IMG/VR virus record: IMGVR_UViG_3300034175_000081 | Origin: a virus | Strand: one strand, 5' to 3' | DNA: 51,677 nt | Program-made: the position numbers and the translations under genes | In this document: positions 49,318 to 51,677 of the stretch, one piece after another | Numbering within the stretch: position 1 is the first letter of the stretch | How the letters are laid out: every line of letters begins with the position of its first letter | Notes under the pieces: model-generated | Told to the model about the DNA's origin: nothing | Seen by the model: only the letters and a program-made list of their open reading frames with translations | Databases searched by the model: none

Positions 49318-50368
49318 CGTCGTTCCTTTCCTCTTGCCGGTCGTCGTCGGTGTCTTCGTCGGCCGGCTCGCCCATAAGCTCGCGCGCACGGCGCGAATTC
49401 GCGGTGACAATCCGGTCATACAAAGCGGGGTGCTTGTCGCGGATGCTGTCGACAAACTTCACGGTGGCGGGGTCGGCCTGGAACGCGCGCAGCGTGTCGA
49501 GGCCCTTTTCCATGTCGTCGGCCCCGCCCGACAGCTTCCCGATGTCGGCCAGCTTGCCGACATAGGCGTCGACCATCTGTTGCGGGGTGCGCTTGCCGTC
49601 GGCCTTCGGCGGGGCGTTCTCGCCGACCTTGCCTAGTTGCCAGTTCGCCAGCCCCTCGCCGAAGTCTTCGTCCAGGACCATGCCGCGGCGAATATAGGGC
49701 TGGAGGAAGTCGGCGACCTTTAGCACGTAGTCTTCGCCGGGCTTGTCGGAATACCATTGCGCGACGCCGTTCGAACGCGGTTGCAACAGGCAAGCAAGGT
49801 CGAGCGTGCCGACAATCTCGGAAGGCGCGATCGGAACATAACCGATCTTTTCGACCTTTTTCCCGACCTGTTTCGTTTTCTCGCGAGCGCGGAAGGTGAA
49901 CACAAGCGGGACCGCGATTTGCTGGATGCCGGCGACCAGCTTGCGCCGGCTGTTGCTCGGCTTTTTCCAGGCGGCCCATTCGTTGCCACCCGACCGCGGC
50001 ACTTCCTCATCGTGCCAGTCCAGATAGCCGCCTTCCCCTTCGTGTTCGTCCGACAGACTGTCGATAAGGATCGCGGCCGGGTTCGACTCCGCCATTTCGC
50101 GGATGAATTTCACGAACATTTCGGGTTTGAATGGCGGCTCAAGCTGGAAATGCCGGAACGTGAACCCGTCGGGATTGCGCGGGCCGACGTGGTATTTCAG
50201 GGCGCGGCCGCGCTCCGTGTCGCCGACGATGATGTCGCCACCGCGGGCGCGTTGCATGCCGGTGGCCACGCGCAGGGCCGAATAAGTCTTACCCCCACCT
50301 GGCGGCCCCATGACACCGACCAGCAACGGCGGGACGAACGTCGCCCCGTTTGATTCTTTCCAGCTCAT
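49307..50368 (-). CDS. Sak4-like / AAA_24 RecA-fold ATPase (353 aa)
   Basis: ATG 50368 in an ATGA overlap with the exonuclease stop. Walker A VGVMGPPGGGKTYSAL and Walker B-like AAILIDSLSDEHEG. Confidence 0.8.
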   Translation of the reverse strand: MSWKESNGATFVPPLLVGVMGPPGGGKTYSALRVATGMQRARGGDIIVGDTERGRALKYHVGPRNPDGFTFRHFQLEPPFKPEMFVKFIREMAESNPAAILIDSLSDEHEGEGGYLDWHDEEVPRSGGNEWAAWKKPSNSRRKLVAGIQQIAVPLVFTFRAREKTKQVGKKVEKIGYVPIAPSEIVGTLDLACLLQPRSNGVAQWYSDKPGEDYVLKVADFLQPYIRRGMVLDEDFGEGLANWQLGKVGENAPPKADGKRTPQQMVDAYVGKLADIGKLSGGADDMEKGLDTLRAFQADPATVKFVDSIRDKHPALYDRIVTANSRRARELMGEPADEDTDDDRQEERNDVDA

Positions 50369-51543
50369 CGCATTGGTTCCCCGGTGTAGAGCGCTTCGCG
50401 GCGCTTGGCTTCGTAAGTTGGCATCGGCAGATATTCGACATCGTCGGGGAAGCCCGGCCATTCGCCCGAATAGAGGCACTTTCCGAACCGTTCGAACGCG
50501 TCTTCGAGTTGCCAAACCGATGTCGCTTCCCACGCCTTTTCCGGCGCGACGGTGCGGGCGACAAAGGGGGCCTCGGGTCGCACCATTAAGTCGGCGAACC
50601 GCACCCGCCCGGCGCGCTCGGGAAACAGGGTCCCGATAGCGCGCTTGTAGAGCGCGCCCTGTCGATCCCACCCCATGTCAATCATATGCCTGGCCGGCTT
50701 CTCGCCGTAGATTCTCGGCGTGATTTTCGGGTCCAGGATGATGCCAAGGTCAGGACACCACACGTCCATAAGGCCGCGAACCCAAATCGGCCCGTGGGGC
50801 GTCATTTCCTGATAAAGGAACGCGACTTCGGTTTGGTATTCCGCGCCCTGTAGCGTGCGCTGGATACGATCGACGACGACCGCGGCGATGGCCTTCGCTT
50901 CCTCCAGGGCGTGCGGGAGGATCGGCACGAGTCCCGCTTCCTCGGCCTCGGCTTTGAACGCCTTGCTGTCACCCGATTGCCAGGTTTTCCAGGACCGCGC
51001 GCCGACCGCGAAGCCCTTCCCCTTCCCTAGCGCGAGCTGGTGCACCACGTCGCCGCGCCGCTTCACCGCGTTGCTTTTCGCTTCCTCTAAGCCGGCCTCG
51101 GGATTTAGCCGAGGGTTGCGCCAGGCGAAGTCCGCGGCGGTTTCGCCGAGTAGGACGGAAATTCCGCTGTTGCTGATCGACGGTTCGGGAGCCGGGTCCG
51201 CATAATAGTCTTCGGCCGGCATGTCATAGAACAGGCCCCATTGATCGCGGTCGAAGTTCTGTTCGACCTTCGCCGGCTTAGGGATGCCCGACAGTCCGAA
51301 GTCAGTCCTGAACGCGTCCAGGTCCAGCGAACCGTCGGCCGCCACAACGTCGGGGATCGGCTCGGCGGGAGCCTTGGCGGCGCGCGCGGGGCGGTCGGCC
51401 GCGGCGCGGGTGGGGGCGTCGGCGAAGGGCTTCGGCTCGGCCGCCACCTTAGCGGCTTTCGCAGCTTTAGCGGCTGGTGGGGGCGGCGGCGGGGCCGCCA
51501 CCGGCTCGACATAACCTTCGTCGAAGGGGGTTAGTTCGGTCAT
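50365..51543 (-). CDS. PD-(D/E)XK (RecB/Cas4-like) exonuclease with a Pro/Ala/Lys-rich N-terminal region
   Basis: Core motifs GDVVHQLAL, MDVWCPDLGIILDPKIT (D...D-x-K) and DRQGALYKRA (QxxxY). Confidence 0.75.
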   Translation of the reverse strand: MTELTPFDEGYVEPVAAPPPPPPAAKAAKAAKVAAEPKPFADAPTRAAADRPARAAKAPAEPIPDVVAADGSLDLDAFRTDFGLSGIPKPAKVEQNFDRDQWGLFYDMPAEDYYADPAPEPSISNSGISVLLGETAADFAWRNPRLNPEAGLEEAKSNAVKRRGDVVHQLALGKGKGFAVGARSWKTWQSGDSKAFKAEAEEAGLVPILPHALEEAKAIAAVVVDRIQRTLQGAEYQTEVAFLYQEMTPHGPIWVRGLMDVWCPDLGIILDPKITPRIYGEKPARHMIDMGWDRQGALYKRAIGTLFPERAGRVRFADLMVRPEAPFVARTVAPEKAWEATSVWQLEDAFERFGKCLYSGEWPGFPDDVEYLPMPTYEAKRREALYTGEPMR

Positions 51544-51677
51544 ATGTTCCTCATGCGTTGCTGGTGATTGTGCGACGCGTCGTCGAGCGTGCCGGCCAGC
51601 GATTGAAGGAAAGGCGATTCCGCGCCCATTGCGTCGGCCAGGCGGCGAAGGCTGATCGCGATCGACGCGAGGGCGAC
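51540..51677 (-). CDS. 3' part of the same junction-spanning ORF (duplicate of 1..127 plus its last 11 nt)
   Basis: Same frame as 1..208(-). Stop TGA at 51542..51540 forms an ATGA overlap with the start at 51543 of the next gene. Confidence 0.55.
   Translation of the reverse strand, partial: VALASIAISLRRLADAMGAESPFLQSLAGTLDDASHNHQQRMRNI
51551..51677. repeat. Terminal direct repeat, copy 2 (circular-contig overlap)
   Basis: Identical to 1..127. The window ends exactly at the end of the repeat. Confidence 0.95.

Larger units (their letters stand above)
1..51550. mobile_element. Complete circularly closed tailed-phage genome (unique length 51550 bp)
   Basis: Full set of terminase, portal, capsid, tail, lysis, recombination and early genes. 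The window ends repeat the window start over 127 bp. An ORF closes cleanly across the junction. Confidence 0.85.

Overview
The window is a complete, circularly closed genome of a high-GC tailed dsDNA phage. Bases 1..127 are identical to 51551..51677, so the unique length is 51550 bp. The tail is siphovirus-like (tail tube, G/GT chaperone, tape measure). Lipobox lipoproteins and a GH108-type endolysin point to a Gram-negative host, probably an alphaproteobacterium.

Layout:
- A divergent early control region lies at about 2168..2309.
- A leftward early operon crosses the contig junction: DUF1351-like protein, small ORFs, PD-(D/E)XK exonuclease, Sak4/AAA_24-like ATPase, HNH.
- A rightward early operon (2310..11159) encodes a Cro-like HTH, an N6-adenine methyltransferase, RusA, a DUF1376 replication-associated protein, a Mor-like activator and a run of about 10 translationally coupled small ORFs.
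- Packaging and head genes follow: terS, terL, a DUF935 portal and a Mu-F-like protein.
- An 11.5-kb insertion then splits the head module. It consists of a fibre/glycosidase cluster (17134..24238) and a reverse-strand 13-gene accessory island (24235..28309; PAPS-reductase-like, RNase HI, DUF6283-like, Cys-rich mini-proteins, lipoprotein).
- After the insertion come scaffold/protease, decoration, major capsid, connector, tail tube, G/GT chaperone with a GGGAAAC -1 frameshift site, tape measure, a 1434-aa repeat-rich tail/fibre protein, and the lysis genes.
- I found no integrase, CI-type repressor, tRNA or CRISPR.

Most interesting observations:
1. A dual-HxT 2H-phosphoesterase (Acb1/LigT-like) module is embedded inside the portal protein.
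2. The reverse-strand accessory island sits in the middle of the head genes.
3. A perfect dyad ATTCG-N7-CGAAT occurs five times, always intergenic. In two cases it lies exactly 13 nt upstream of a start codon and abuts the Shine-Dalgarno sequence.
4. A Sec-signal-bearing TIM-barrel glycosidase sits next to a BNR-propeller tailspike-like protein.

All functional calls come from motif recognition by eye. No database search was run.
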